Shown: positions 28,577-37,591, counted from the stretch's first letter. The stretch: DNA of 37,759 nt from Microgenomates group bacterium Gr01-1014_5 (GCA_007376395.1 VMGE01000008.1:1-37759), one strand, 5' to 3'. Notes: generated by a model not told the origin, from the sequence alone. Translations and numbers: made by a program.

Positions 28577-28896
28577 AAACTTTCAAATTAAACGAGTTTA
28601 CCAAGGGTTGGTTTGTTGGCAATTTTACCCCAACAATTGTTGATACAAAGGATTTTGAGGTAGCGGTTAAGGAATATAAAAAGGGAGACGCAGAAGAATC
28701 CCATTATCACAAAATTGCCGAGGAGATAACTGTTATTGTTTCGGGAAGAGTTAAAATGAACGATCAAATTTTCGAAAAAGGGGATATAGTTCAAGTTGCT
28801 CCTGGTGAGTCGGCAAAGTTTGAAGCCTTGGAAGACACAACCAATGTAGTCATCAAAATTCCTTCAGTAAAGGGAGATAAGTATCTAATGAGTTAA
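28573..28896 (+). CDS. Small cupin protein (107 aa)
   Basis: Motifs GWFVGNF, HYHKIAEEITV and PGE. ATG 28573 lies in an ATGA overlap. Confidence 0.8.
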   Translation: MKTFKLNEFTKGWFVGNFTPTIVDTKDFEVAVKEYKKGDAEESHYHKIAEEITVIVSGRVKMNDQIFEKGDIVQVAPGESAKFEALEDTTNVVIKIPSVKGDKYLMS

Positions 28897-29750
28897 AGTT
28901 TTGCTACTTCTTCAGGATAGTCGGTGCAGAAGTAATCGGCCCCGGCCTCTTTAATTTGTTTAATTCGTTCAAATAAAGTAGGTAAATCTTTTGCGTCTGC
29001 GTGAGATTCTCCGCCATATAAGCCTGGGGAAGTTCCATGCAACTCAGGCGTGACAAGGGCAATAAAGAGGCCAGCCTCGTGTAATCTTGCAAAGTTTTCT
29101 GGGGTGTAGAATTGTTTAGTTGTCCCATTTTCTCCAGCCGTATCCCATTCGTCTCCCCAAACTCCATCAATTAGGCCTTCAGAGGCGAGTTTAAGGGCTT
29201 CTTCAACAGTTATTAAGGTATTACCTACTACATCGTTATAGCGCTGTATGTCGTATGGATGGGCAACAGATGGTGCTAACCTCAGGGTGGGGAATTTACT
29301 TTTTAATACTTTTGCCGTTTCAGGTTTTACGTCAAAGATAAGTAGTTTACCGAAGATATCGGAATGTTTTGCTAAAGCCTCCATGATTTTTTCCAATGTC
29401 TCTGGTGATTGGAAGCGTGCTTTCATATGGAGAGCATTAACCGTTGAATTGCTTTTTCGAATTAAATCCATGACTTCGTCAAAAGTAGGGATTCGACCAT
29501 TAGCAAGAGGGATTTGAAGCAATTCTTCGGTAGTTAGATCTGCAACATTTCGTTCATCTCTACTTTCTGTTGGTCTTTTCAAATTGGCATCATGCATCAC
29601 AATAATGCCGTCTTTCGTTGGGTTAGGATCAAATTCAATATTGAAGCCGCGGTTTAGATGATCTTGGAATGCTTCAAAACTGCTTTCGGAGAAAAAGTGA
29701 GGTTTACTCGGCTCGAGCCCTCGATGGGTAATAATTTGTGTTGACGTCAC
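28893..29750 (-). CDS. Glycerophosphodiester phosphodiesterase (GDPD)-like protein
   Basis: Motifs IITHRG, ESSFEAF, IEFD, TKDGIIVMHD and DYFCTDYP. Confidence 0.85.
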   Translation of the reverse strand: MTSTQIITHRGLEPSKPHFFSESSFEAFQDHLNRGFNIEFDPNPTKDGIIVMHDANLKRPTESRDERNVADLTTEELLQIPLANGRIPTFDEVMDLIRKSNSTVNALHMKARFQSPETLEKIMEALAKHSDIFGKLLIFDVKPETAKVLKSKFPTLRLAPSVAHPYDIQRYNDVVGNTLITVEEALKLASEGLIDGVWGDEWDTAGENGTTKQFYTPENFARLHEAGLFIALVTPELHGTSPGLYGGESHADAKDLPTLFERIKQIKEAGADYFCTDYPEEVAKL

Positions 29751-29759
29751 TCTGAAAAG

Positions 29760-29769
29760 ATTATATCCT
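29760..29769. promoter_or_regulatory. Overlapping divergent -10 pair ATTATATCCT
   Basis: Reads TATAAT on -, 9 nt before GTG 29750, and TATCCT on +. Confidence 0.55.
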
Positions 29770-29783
29770 ATGGAAGATTAACA

Positions 29784-31043
29784 ATGAAATTCTTAGATCT
29801 TTCTACAAAGCCTCACGTGCGCGGGGCAAAGCATTGGACAGCAGAAATTAATCAGCTTTATCATCCAACTGGGGATGTGGAGCAGGATTCCCAAGACATT
29901 GTATATTCGTTCGGAAATTTAAACACAACAAAGTTTGTCCCGCTACTTCTTAAAGAGTGGTTTTACCTCGTCAAAAAAGACGGATATTTGGTAATAGACT
30001 ATCTCCCAAACAAAACTTGCAATTTTCAAAAATTGGAAGAACATATGTGGTGGCTTTGGAAAGGGAAGTATGACATTGTGTACCATGGAAAAGTAGAACA
30101 CAGAACAAAGAACACAGAACAAAGTGAAATCATTAAATTTGTAAAAAATGCTCCAAGCCAGCCCACAATGCCTACTGAAACTGGAGATTATTTTAGATTT
30201 GCTTGCAAAAAGTTGGAGTCAACACAAGTTGCGGGAGACGAGATCGATAAATGGACTTTTGGCATGATAACTAAGGGCGAGAGAGATGAATGGATTGAAG
30301 AAATTATTCAAGCAATTCATAAACAAAAAATTCCAAATTACGAAATTATTATTTGTGGCACATATAGAGACCGTAAAGAAAAAAACTTTACGTATATCCC
30401 ATTTAATGAAAGAGACGACAAGGGATGGATAACTAAAAAGAAAAATTTAATAGTGCAAGCTGCAAAATACGAAAATCTGTGTGTGTTGCACGACAGAATA
30501 GTTTTAGGAGACGATTGGTTTAAAGGAATTAAAAAGTATGGCAATTGTTTTGAATTGCTTTGTAACAGGCAGACGCTAAAAGGAGCCAACATGAGAACAG
30601 GGGACTGGTTGACGTATGGTAGCAAAACGCTTGGTATGCCATACGGAATTTCAGAGTTAGATTATGACGACTGGGACTTTGATATCTATGTTGGAGGAAT
30701 GCTTACAATTCTTAAAAAACAAATTTCAACTGCTTCCCCTTGGGACGAGACTCTTTATTGGGGAGAGGAAGATGTAGAGTTAACTTTTAGAGCACGAGAT
30801 TTAGGATATATAGCAAGATTTAATCCTTATTCATCTGCAACTGCCTTTACCTGGAGGTTTGGGAAATTGCCGTCTAAATATTATCCTTCGCAAGGTTTGT
30901 TGCCCAAGGACATGCTTTTAAGAAGATTTATGCGACAAATAAACAAGGCAGTTTTTTCAGTACCAATTTTGAGAAAAATTTCCTCACCTTTTGTCATCGT
31001 CTTTTTAAGATCGAGCCTTTACAGATTTTTAACAAGCCATTAG
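29784..31043 (+). CDS. Fusion of a degenerate class I methyltransferase-like domain and a GT2-like glycosyltransferase domain
   Basis: The N-part has QDIVYS...LLKEWFYLVKKDGYLVI. The C-part has TFGMITKG, YEIIICG, ITKKKN, VLHD and GEEDVE. Confidence 0.7.
   Translation: MKFLDLSTKPHVRGAKHWTAEINQLYHPTGDVEQDSQDIVYSFGNLNTTKFVPLLLKEWFYLVKKDGYLVIDYLPNKTCNFQKLEEHMWWLWKGKYDIVYHGKVEHRTKNTEQSEIIKFVKNAPSQPTMPTETGDYFRFACKKLESTQVAGDEIDKWTFGMITKGERDEWIEEIIQAIHKQKIPNYEIIICGTYRDRKEKNFTYIPFNERDDKGWITKKKNLIVQAAKYENLCVLHDRIVLGDDWFKGIKKYGNCFELLCNRQTLKGANMRTGDWLTYGSKTLGMPYGISELDYDDWDFDIYVGGMLTILKKQISTASPWDETLYWGEEDVELTFRARDLGYIARFNPYSSATAFTWRFGKLPSKYYPSQGLLPKDMLLRRFMRQINKAVFSVPILRKISSPFVIVFLRSSLYRFLTSH
30095..30122 (+). 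repeat. Intragenic heptamer tandem repeat (AGAACAC AGAACAA)x2
   Basis: Read directly: agaacac agaacaa agaacac agaacaa, encoding EHRTKNTEQ. Confidence 0.9.
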
Positions 31044-31063
31044 AATACGCCATAGGTAAGAAA

Positions 31064-32635
31064 ATGTTAAAACGATTTAGTGAAAACTCATATTTAAATA
31101 CTCTAATAGTTGCAGGTGCTGCTATATTTACTTTTTTCCCAACCGTTGAAAATTTCTTCTATTTAGATGAATGGGGGAACCTTTATGAATGGACGCACGG
31201 TTATCCTTATGTATCGGCTATTTTTACTGTAAACATCTTCCGTTTTCTTTTTGATACTTTTTACCTCAACTCGACAGGATATTTTGTAGCTGCGCTAACA
31301 GTCTACACTGCCTCAGTAGTTATCTTTTACCTATTCGTGGCCCGCTTGCTGAATAATAAAGTATTGGGTCTTGTTGCTGGTCTTCTCTATGCAACATCAC
31401 CTATTGGAATAACAACGACGACTATGGTATGGACTTATGTTGCCGAAGGTGGATACCCGCTTACCGTCATGCTTCTTATGCTTCTTTATCTTTTTTGGAG
31501 ATATTTTACTGAAAAGAAAAAAATATATTTAATTGCAGGTTTTTTTGCATTTATGTTGTTTAACGAACTTGAACCAAGACGTGCATTTATGTTTTTCCCG
31601 ATACTCGTGCTCTTTGACTATATGTTTAACCACGTAAAGAAAATATTGAGTCTCGGTTTTATCGCACGGACAGTTGCTCTTTTTGCGCTCTTTGTTTCCT
31701 ATTACAAATATGATGTCTCATTAACCAAGATATTTGCTACAGGTAAAATAATTTTTTCAGAAGCTGCTTCTACTTTTGATTGGCACACAAAACTCATTCT
31801 TGGGCGCGACTCGCTTACCGACCCTCGGCCGCTAATTACTTTGACTAATATTCTCCTTGCGGGGCCTTGGATATTTATTAGTGAGCGCCTAGCAGGTTAT
31901 GTTGACCTTGCAGATATTAATGAGATACGCTTCTTAGTCATTACTACGCTTGTTGTTGTATTATCTTTAATCGTTGTAGCCTGGAAAGTTAAGAGGGAAT
32001 GGGGACAAATTTTATTGTTTTCCTTAGGATGGGTACACATAAACGTTTTAGGCATATATATTTTTAGTTCTCCTGGTGTAAGTGAGGCAGTACATAGAAC
32101 ACTATCGCTTGCTGCTCCAGGATATGCACTCTTTGTAACGGTTTCGGGAGCTGCGCTTTACACATTTTTGACAAGGAGGACAAAAATTGCAGATCCTACA
32201 CTAAAAAGGATTTTTATCTTTGCATTTCTTTTAATTTTAACTGGGAATTTTTTGGCAACGAGAAGTAATTTTGAAAAGTTTAATGCTTTTCATAGTAGGC
32301 CTGCAAGGGCTTTCTTTAGCGATTTAAAGCGCTATTACCCAACGCTTCCTGAAAACCCACTTATTTATATCGACACCCCAAATGACGCTCGGACTAAGTA
32401 TGTTTTGTCGAGGATTTATGGGGGCAACAATTATGGTGCATCCGCAACGATGGCTGTTTTTTATCCTGGGCGTACAAAAGAAGATGTAGTGGTTGCCCGT
32501 GATTTGGTAACTGTTGAGAAATTTACAGGTACTGACAAGGCAAAAATTGACCGCGTCTTTGCCTTCTATTTTGACAGTAACGGATTACGCGATACAACTT
32601 CTGATATCAGGAAAGAGCTACAAAACAAAAAATAA
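31064..32635 (+). CDS. Multi-pass membrane protein, GT-C-like (intact family member)
   Basis: LDEW acidic first loop, about 10 or more hydrophobic helices, and a soluble C-terminal domain. Confidence 0.7.
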   Translation: MLKRFSENSYLNTLIVAGAAIFTFFPTVENFFYLDEWGNLYEWTHGYPYVSAIFTVNIFRFLFDTFYLNSTGYFVAALTVYTASVVIFYLFVARLLNNKVLGLVAGLLYATSPIGITTTTMVWTYVAEGGYPLTVMLLMLLYLFWRYFTEKKKIYLIAGFFAFMLFNELEPRRAFMFFPILVLFDYMFNHVKKILSLGFIARTVALFALFVSYYKYDVSLTKIFATGKIIFSEAASTFDWHTKLILGRDSLTDPRPLITLTNILLAGPWIFISERLAGYVDLADINEIRFLVITTLVVVLSLIVVAWKVKREWGQILLFSLGWVHINVLGIYIFSSPGVSEAVHRTLSLAAPGYALFVTVSGAALYTFLTRRTKIADPTLKRIFIFAFLLILTGNFLATRSNFEKFNAFHSRPARAFFSDLKRYYPTLPENPLIYIDTPNDARTKYVLSRIYGGNNYGASATMAVFYPGRTKEDVVVARDLVTVEKFTGTDKAKIDRVFAFYFDSNGLRDTTSDIRKELQNKK

Positions 32636-32636
32636 C

Positions 32637-33326
32637 ATGATGACCCCAACAGAATACTTAATGCACTATGTTGGGCTTTTGATCCCCGCAAAATGGAAAG
32701 ATTATTTGAAGCATATTGTTAAATGGGAAGTTTTTTCAGAAAGAATTATTGAAAACCCCATTATTATTCAGAATTTGCCGCGCGAAAAATCTAAGATTCT
32801 TGATGTTGGAAGTAGGTATAGTCAGGTTCCTCTTGAGATGGCTTCCTTGGGTCACGAAGTATGGGCACTTGACATTGAAGAATATCTTTTCAAACACAAA
32901 AATCTAAAGTTTGTAAAAGGTGACATTAGAAAAACTAAATTTGAAAGAGGCTTTTTTGACGCGGTAACTATAATTTCAACTCTTGAACATGTTGGAATGG
33001 GGGAAACCTCTTATGGAGATGTGGAAGAAAGAGATGGAGACATCACAGCGATGGCAGAAATAAGACGCGTGTTAAAGCCGGGAGGAATTGTACTGATAAC
33101 AGTTCCCTTCGGTAAAGCTAAATTTCTGCCCTTTTTGCGGGTATATGACAAGGCAAGGATTAAAAAGATAAGCCAAGGATTTAAAGTAATAGAGGAAATC
33201 TACATGCTTAACGACAAAGAAAATTGGGGAATTTCAACATATGATAAGGTAAAAAATATTGAAAATACTCACCACACAATCGGCAACGCGTTTTTCATGC
33301 TACAAAAGACAAAAAACCCTGTTTAG
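32637..33326 (+). CDS. Class I SAM methyltransferase (DUF268-like)
   Basis: Motifs FSERIIE, ILDVGS, ISTLEHVG, YGD and LKPGGIVLITVP. Start at ATG 32637. Confidence 0.85.
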   Translation: MMTPTEYLMHYVGLLIPAKWKDYLKHIVKWEVFSERIIENPIIIQNLPREKSKILDVGSRYSQVPLEMASLGHEVWALDIEEYLFKHKNLKFVKGDIRKTKFERGFFDAVTIISTLEHVGMGETSYGDVEERDGDITAMAEIRRVLKPGGIVLITVPFGKAKFLPFLRVYDKARIKKISQGFKVIEEIYMLNDKENWGISTYDKVKNIENTHHTIGNAFFMLQKTKNPV

Positions 33327-33334
33327 TCTTGAAA

Positions 33335-33363
33335 TTGACAAAACTTTTGTGTAATCCTATGAT
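33335..33363 (+). promoter_or_regulatory. Sigma70-type promoter for the HD gene
   Basis: TTGACA (33335-33340), a 17 nt spacer, TATGAT (33358-33363), then ATG 10 nt downstream. Confidence 0.8.
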
Positions 33364-33373
33364 AGGCTGAAAC

Positions 33374-34152
33374 ATGTTAGAACCTGAGATAGACCGACCA
33401 CTTCCCTCACGAATCGAGGATCAGCCGATCCCCGATATTAAAATTACTCCTGAACAAAAAGCGGTATTAAATAAAACTCTTGAGTGGGTTCAAGATTTTT
33501 TTGATGTCGCTATAGAAAACGATCAAGTAATTATGGGTGGTCATGGATTTGATCATAATATCCGTGTCTCTGGCATGGCTGGAGTTTTATCTACCAAAGA
33601 AGGAGTAGACCCCTTTCTACCCATACTAACATCACTACTCATAGACATAGGCCGGACTAATCGGGATCCACGAGCCCATAATTTTAAACACGGAGAACTT
33701 TCTCGTGAGATGGCTGAAGATTTTATTAATAGCTTACCATTGACTTCTGATCAGAGAGAATTAGTCAAAAATGCTATAGAGGATCACCCTAAGCTTAACG
33801 AACAATCCCAGATGAAAGAAGAAGTATGCTTGTTAAGATTGTTATGGATTCCGATAGGCTTGACAGTTTGGGTGCGTTGGGTCCAGTACGTGCAGGTGCG
33901 ACTCGATGGAGTTTACCCTTATTCGAAAGTAAAATTAGCACTTCTCGCGAGGAAGGAGCAGGTATGACATCAATCTATCAAGATTTTGCCTTTCGCGTTC
34001 TCGACTGGGCAAATAATATTTGGACTGAGAGTGCAAAACAAATTGTTGACGAGCGCATGCCTCACTTAAGAGCATTTATTGCTGAATATAAGAAAGAAGC
34101 TGAATTTATGACCGGAGCTTTTCAACAGATTTTTGGGGAGACAAAACAATAA
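33374..34152 (+). pseudogene. HD-domain phosphohydrolase (YedJ/YpgQ-like), frameshifted near 33803
   Basis: Frame 1 has HGFDHNIRV...LLIDIG...KHG...IEDH and frame 2 has DSDRLDSLGALG. One extra A in aacgaacaatc restores LNE-TIPDERRSM. Confidence 0.8.
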
Positions 34153-35271
34153 TTACAAAATCCCTTTTTTCTTTAACTCTTTTTCAGCTTGGGAAAATTT
34201 GTCTTCAGCCTTTTCGCCCTCGCTCCATTCTATGAGTTCTTTGAAGCCTTCTGCAAGTGATACTTCTGGCTCCCAGCCTAAAACTTTTTGAGCTTTTGAG
34301 ATATCTGCAAAACAGTTTCGAATATCGCCTTTTCTAAAACTGCCTCCAACTTCGACCAAACCTTTGTTGCCTATGTGTTTGTCTAGGGTTTCAGCTATTT
34401 CTTTTATGGGGATTGGAATTCCAGAACCTATATTAAATACTTCGTTTTTGACTGAATCACTTTCTAAACATAATATTTGAGCTCTTACGACATCATGAAC
34501 TGAAACAAAATCTCTGGTTTGCATTCCATCCTCATAAACTACAGCAGGTTGATTATTCTTAATGCGGCTAATAAAAATTGCAGTAACTCCTGTATATGGA
34601 TTTGAAAGACTTTGCCTGGGTCCATACACATTAAAACAACGGAGTGCTATTGTGGGAATATTGTATGTTTTGCCATAGAGTAGCAACATATCTTGTTGTG
34701 CCTTTTTAGTTATGGCATAAACACTATTTGGGTATTCGGATGCTTCTTCATTAGTCGCCTTGGCCTTAACTTCCACACCACACTTTGGACATTTTAATTC
34801 CCAGTCTTTTTGAGTAAGTTGATTTTCGTCGCGGATTGGCGGACGAACGATACCGTGTTCTTCGCATTTATAATTACCTTCTCCATAACCAGTCATACTT
34901 GAGTTTGTTATTATCTTTTTAACAGGGTGTTCTTTTTTAATTAGAATATCTAAAAGATTTGCAGTTCCGCCAACATTAACATCAGAGTAGGTTTTGATTT
35001 CGTAATTAGATTGTGCAACTCCAACGCTTGACGCAAGGTGAAAAACTGCATCTATTCCCTCAAGAGCGTTTGAAAGTTCCTCGTAGTTTCTAACATCGCC
35101 CTTTATAAATTCTGCTTTAGGGTTTAAATAAGAAGGAGTTTTTCCTTGATGGACTTGTTCTTCAAGATTGTCAAAAATTCTGACGCTGTACCCTTTTTTG
35201 ATAAGTTCATCGACAAGAAAAGAGCCAATGAAGCCTGCACCGCCAGTGACTAAAATATTTTTGTAATCCAT
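34153..35271 (-). CDS. NAD-dependent epimerase, WbiB (dTDP-L-rhamnose 4-epimerase)-like SDR with a Cys-containing insert
   Basis: Motifs GGAGFIG, YGEG, YAITK, NVYGPRQSLSNPYTGV, YEDG.QTRDFV and FRKGDIR. Confidence 0.8.
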   Translation of the reverse strand: MDYKNILVTGGAGFIGSFLVDELIKKGYSVRIFDNLEEQVHQGKTPSYLNPKAEFIKGDVRNYEELSNALEGIDAVFHLASSVGVAQSNYEIKTYSDVNVGGTANLLDILIKKEHPVKKIITNSSMTGYGEGNYKCEEHGIVRPPIRDENQLTQKDWELKCPKCGVEVKAKATNEEASEYPNSVYAITKKAQQDMLLLYGKTYNIPTIALRCFNVYGPRQSLSNPYTGVTAIFISRIKNNQPAVVYEDGMQTRDFVSVHDVVRAQILCLESDSVKNEVFNIGSGIPIPIKEIAETLDKHIGNKGLVEVGGSFRKGDIRNCFADISKAQKVLGWEPEVSLAEGFKELIEWSEGEKAEDKFSQAEKELKKKGIL

Positions 35272-35272
35272 A

Positions 35273-36328
35273 CTATTTACTATCTACGGCATATTTGCAA
35301 AGTTCTTCTAAAATTTTATCGTTGTCATACGTATGTTCCCAATCTGGATAATGGCTTTTGAATTTAGACATATCGGAGATATACCAAATGTGGTCTCCAA
35401 TTCTATTTACCTCGTCGTATTTAAAGTTGGCTTTTTTACCCAATATTTTTTCAATTTTTTCAATTGCCTCAAGTACTGAAGTATTAGAATATCTTGTACC
35501 TCCAATATTATACGCTTCACCTTTTCGAGGGTTTTGATAGACATGATAAAAAGCATTCGCTACGTCTTTTGAGTGGATATTATCTCTGACCTGTTTACCT
35601 TTATAACCAAAAATTGTATAAGGAATATCTTTGGCAATTGCCGATACTAAATAAGCTAAGAACCCGTGCAATTGAGCGGGGGAATGAGCAGGTCCCGTAA
35701 GACATCCTCCTCGAAAAACAGTTGTATTTAACCCAAAATACTTACCGTATTCCTGAACCATTAAATCTGCGGCAACTTTTGAGACTCCAAAAATACTGTG
35801 AGTACAGTGGTCTAAACTCATATCCTCATCAATCCCTCTAAAATAGGGGTGGCTCTTTGGTAGTTCATATCTAGTTGCCTTTTCTTCCAAAGGAAGCCAA
35901 TTTGGATTGTCGCCATATACTTTGTTTGTAGATGTGAAAATAAAAACTGCTTCTGGACAAAGTTGGCGAAACGCTTCAAGCATAATTAGAGTACCTTCGG
36001 CATTAATAGTAAAATCTGTTAATGGTTCTCTGGCTGCCCAGTCATGTGATGGTTGTGCCGCGGTGTGGATAATTAGCGAAGGACTGTGTTTTTTTACTAT
36101 CTTATTTATTTCTTCTTTGTTTCTAATATCGACACTATAATGCTTGTAGTTTTTAAATTCTTTTTCTAGTAAATTTCTGTTCCATTGAGTACTTGCCGCT
36201 TCGCCGAAGAAATACTTTCTTGAATCATTATCGATACCTATAACTTCAAAATCTTTTTTTGCAAAAAACCTTGTGCACTCTGAGCCAATTAATCCTCCAG
36301 AACCTGTTATTAATACTTTTTGAGCCAT
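35273..36328 (-). CDS. NAD-dependent epimerase, RfbE/Tyv (CDP-paratose 2-epimerase)-like
   Basis: Motifs [31 protein letters not shown] and RIGDHIWY. Confidence 0.85.
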   Translation of the reverse strand: MAQKVLITGSGGLIGSECTRFFAKKDFEVIGIDNDSRKYFFGEAASTQWNRNLLEKEFKNYKHYSVDIRNKEEINKIVKKHSPSLIIHTAAQPSHDWAAREPLTDFTINAEGTLIMLEAFRQLCPEAVFIFTSTNKVYGDNPNWLPLEEKATRYELPKSHPYFRGIDEDMSLDHCTHSIFGVSKVAADLMVQEYGKYFGLNTTVFRGGCLTGPAHSPAQLHGFLAYLVSAIAKDIPYTIFGYKGKQVRDNIHSKDVANAFYHVYQNPRKGEAYNIGGTRYSNTSVLEAIEKIEKILGKKANFKYDEVNRIGDHIWYISDMSKFKSHYPDWEHTYDNDKILEELCKYAVDSK

Positions 36329-36336
36329 TTAGTGGT

Positions 36337-37569
36337 TTATTGTGATTCAAGGTCAAAGCCTGTTTCTTTAAAAGCTTTCATATATGTATTTTCCCAAGTA
36401 TTATCGCGCGCTCGGTTAATTGCATTTTTCTTCATTTTGTCAAATAGTTTTTTGTCTTTTAATAGTTTTAAAACAGCATTCGTCGTATCTTTTGCGGTAT
36501 CTTTTGTGATTATTCCCGCTCCTGCATTAACTACTTCTCGCCCCAACGGAGGTACTATTGTAGTTATAACAGGTAGTCCTGCAGCAAGATAAAGTCTAAT
36601 TTTTGTCGCATCCGCCCACCATCGTGGAGATCCTGGGGTTTCGAGGTATGGTGCCAGTGCAATAGCATGTTTTTTTATTGCGTTTGAAAGTTGAACTTGG
36701 TCTGAGATAAATCCTTCAAAAATAACCTTATCGGTCAATTTTAATTTTTGAGTTAACTTTACAAGTCGTGTCATGTCAGGTTCACCTGCGCCGTAAATAT
36801 GTAGTTTTGCAGAAGGCACTGATTTTAAAACGGTATTTAAAGCTTCTATTGCGATGTCTGGTCCATTAATCCAACCTAGAGTTCCAACAAAAACTAGGCT
36901 ATTTGGAATTATTTTTGATGCTGGCAGATAAGCTATTTGCTTTGGATAGAGAGCATTAGGGACGTGAATTGTAGGTGATGCTTTTTTGGGATCAAGACCA
37001 ACCTTTATCCTCGCTGGAAGCATTGCCAAAGAAACATCCCAGTTAAAATCAGAATGAGTTGTTGCATATCTATCCAACCACAAATATAGATCGTTAAAGA
37101 ATTTTGGGTGGTATCTATTTGTCGAATAATCTGAGACGAGATAAACGACCTTGTCAAAATACCCAAGTTTTTTTAAGAAGATGCCGGCAATTGCATTTAT
37201 TGACTCCAAACCAATAAATAGGTCATATTTTTTGTTTTGCCCAATCGCGAATTCAAACACTGACAAAAAGTCTCTAATTTTGAATATTACCGAAGTGCTA
37301 GGCGAATTAATAAGCTTAAGAAAAGGAAAAAGCAAAAACGAAGTAAGGAAAAATCTGGATTTACTTTTAAGCTTTTTGTTTTGGTAGTCTTCTATAAACG
37401 GAATTACTGCATCACTCCCTGGATGAGGTTGCTCAAGTATTGTGAAGCGCTCAACTTTTGGCATAACAACTGAAACCATGGGTTCAATCATCCCGTTAAT
37501 TGATGTTCTTTCTCCCTGGTTTCTAAGTGAAAATGTGGCGAATAAAACTGAAACTTTGACTTTTGTCAT
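36337..37569 (-). CDS. Glycosyltransferase family 4 (paralog C, more divergent)
   Basis: Motifs LEQPHP, SDYSTNRY, ADATKIRLYLAAGLPVITT and FTWE-like NTWE. Confidence 0.85.
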   Translation of the reverse strand: MTKVKVSVLFATFSLRNQGERTSINGMIEPMVSVVMPKVERFTILEQPHPGSDAVIPFIEDYQNKKLKSKSRFFLTSFLLFPFLKLINSPSTSVIFKIRDFLSVFEFAIGQNKKYDLFIGLESINAIAGIFLKKLGYFDKVVYLVSDYSTNRYHPKFFNDLYLWLDRYATTHSDFNWDVSLAMLPARIKVGLDPKKASPTIHVPNALYPKQIAYLPASKIIPNSLVFVGTLGWINGPDIAIEALNTVLKSVPSAKLHIYGAGEPDMTRLVKLTQKLKLTDKVIFEGFISDQVQLSNAIKKHAIALAPYLETPGSPRWWADATKIRLYLAAGLPVITTIVPPLGREVVNAGAGIITKDTAKDTTNAVLKLLKDKKLFDKMKKNAINRARDNTWENTYMKAFKETGFDLESQ

Positions 37570-37583
37570 TTGATGCCAAGATG

Positions 37584-37591
37584 AGTATAAT
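37584..37591. promoter_or_regulatory. Overlapping divergent -10 pair AGTATAAT
   Basis: Reads TATAAT on +, 10 nt before ATG 37602, and TATACT on -. Confidence 0.6.
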
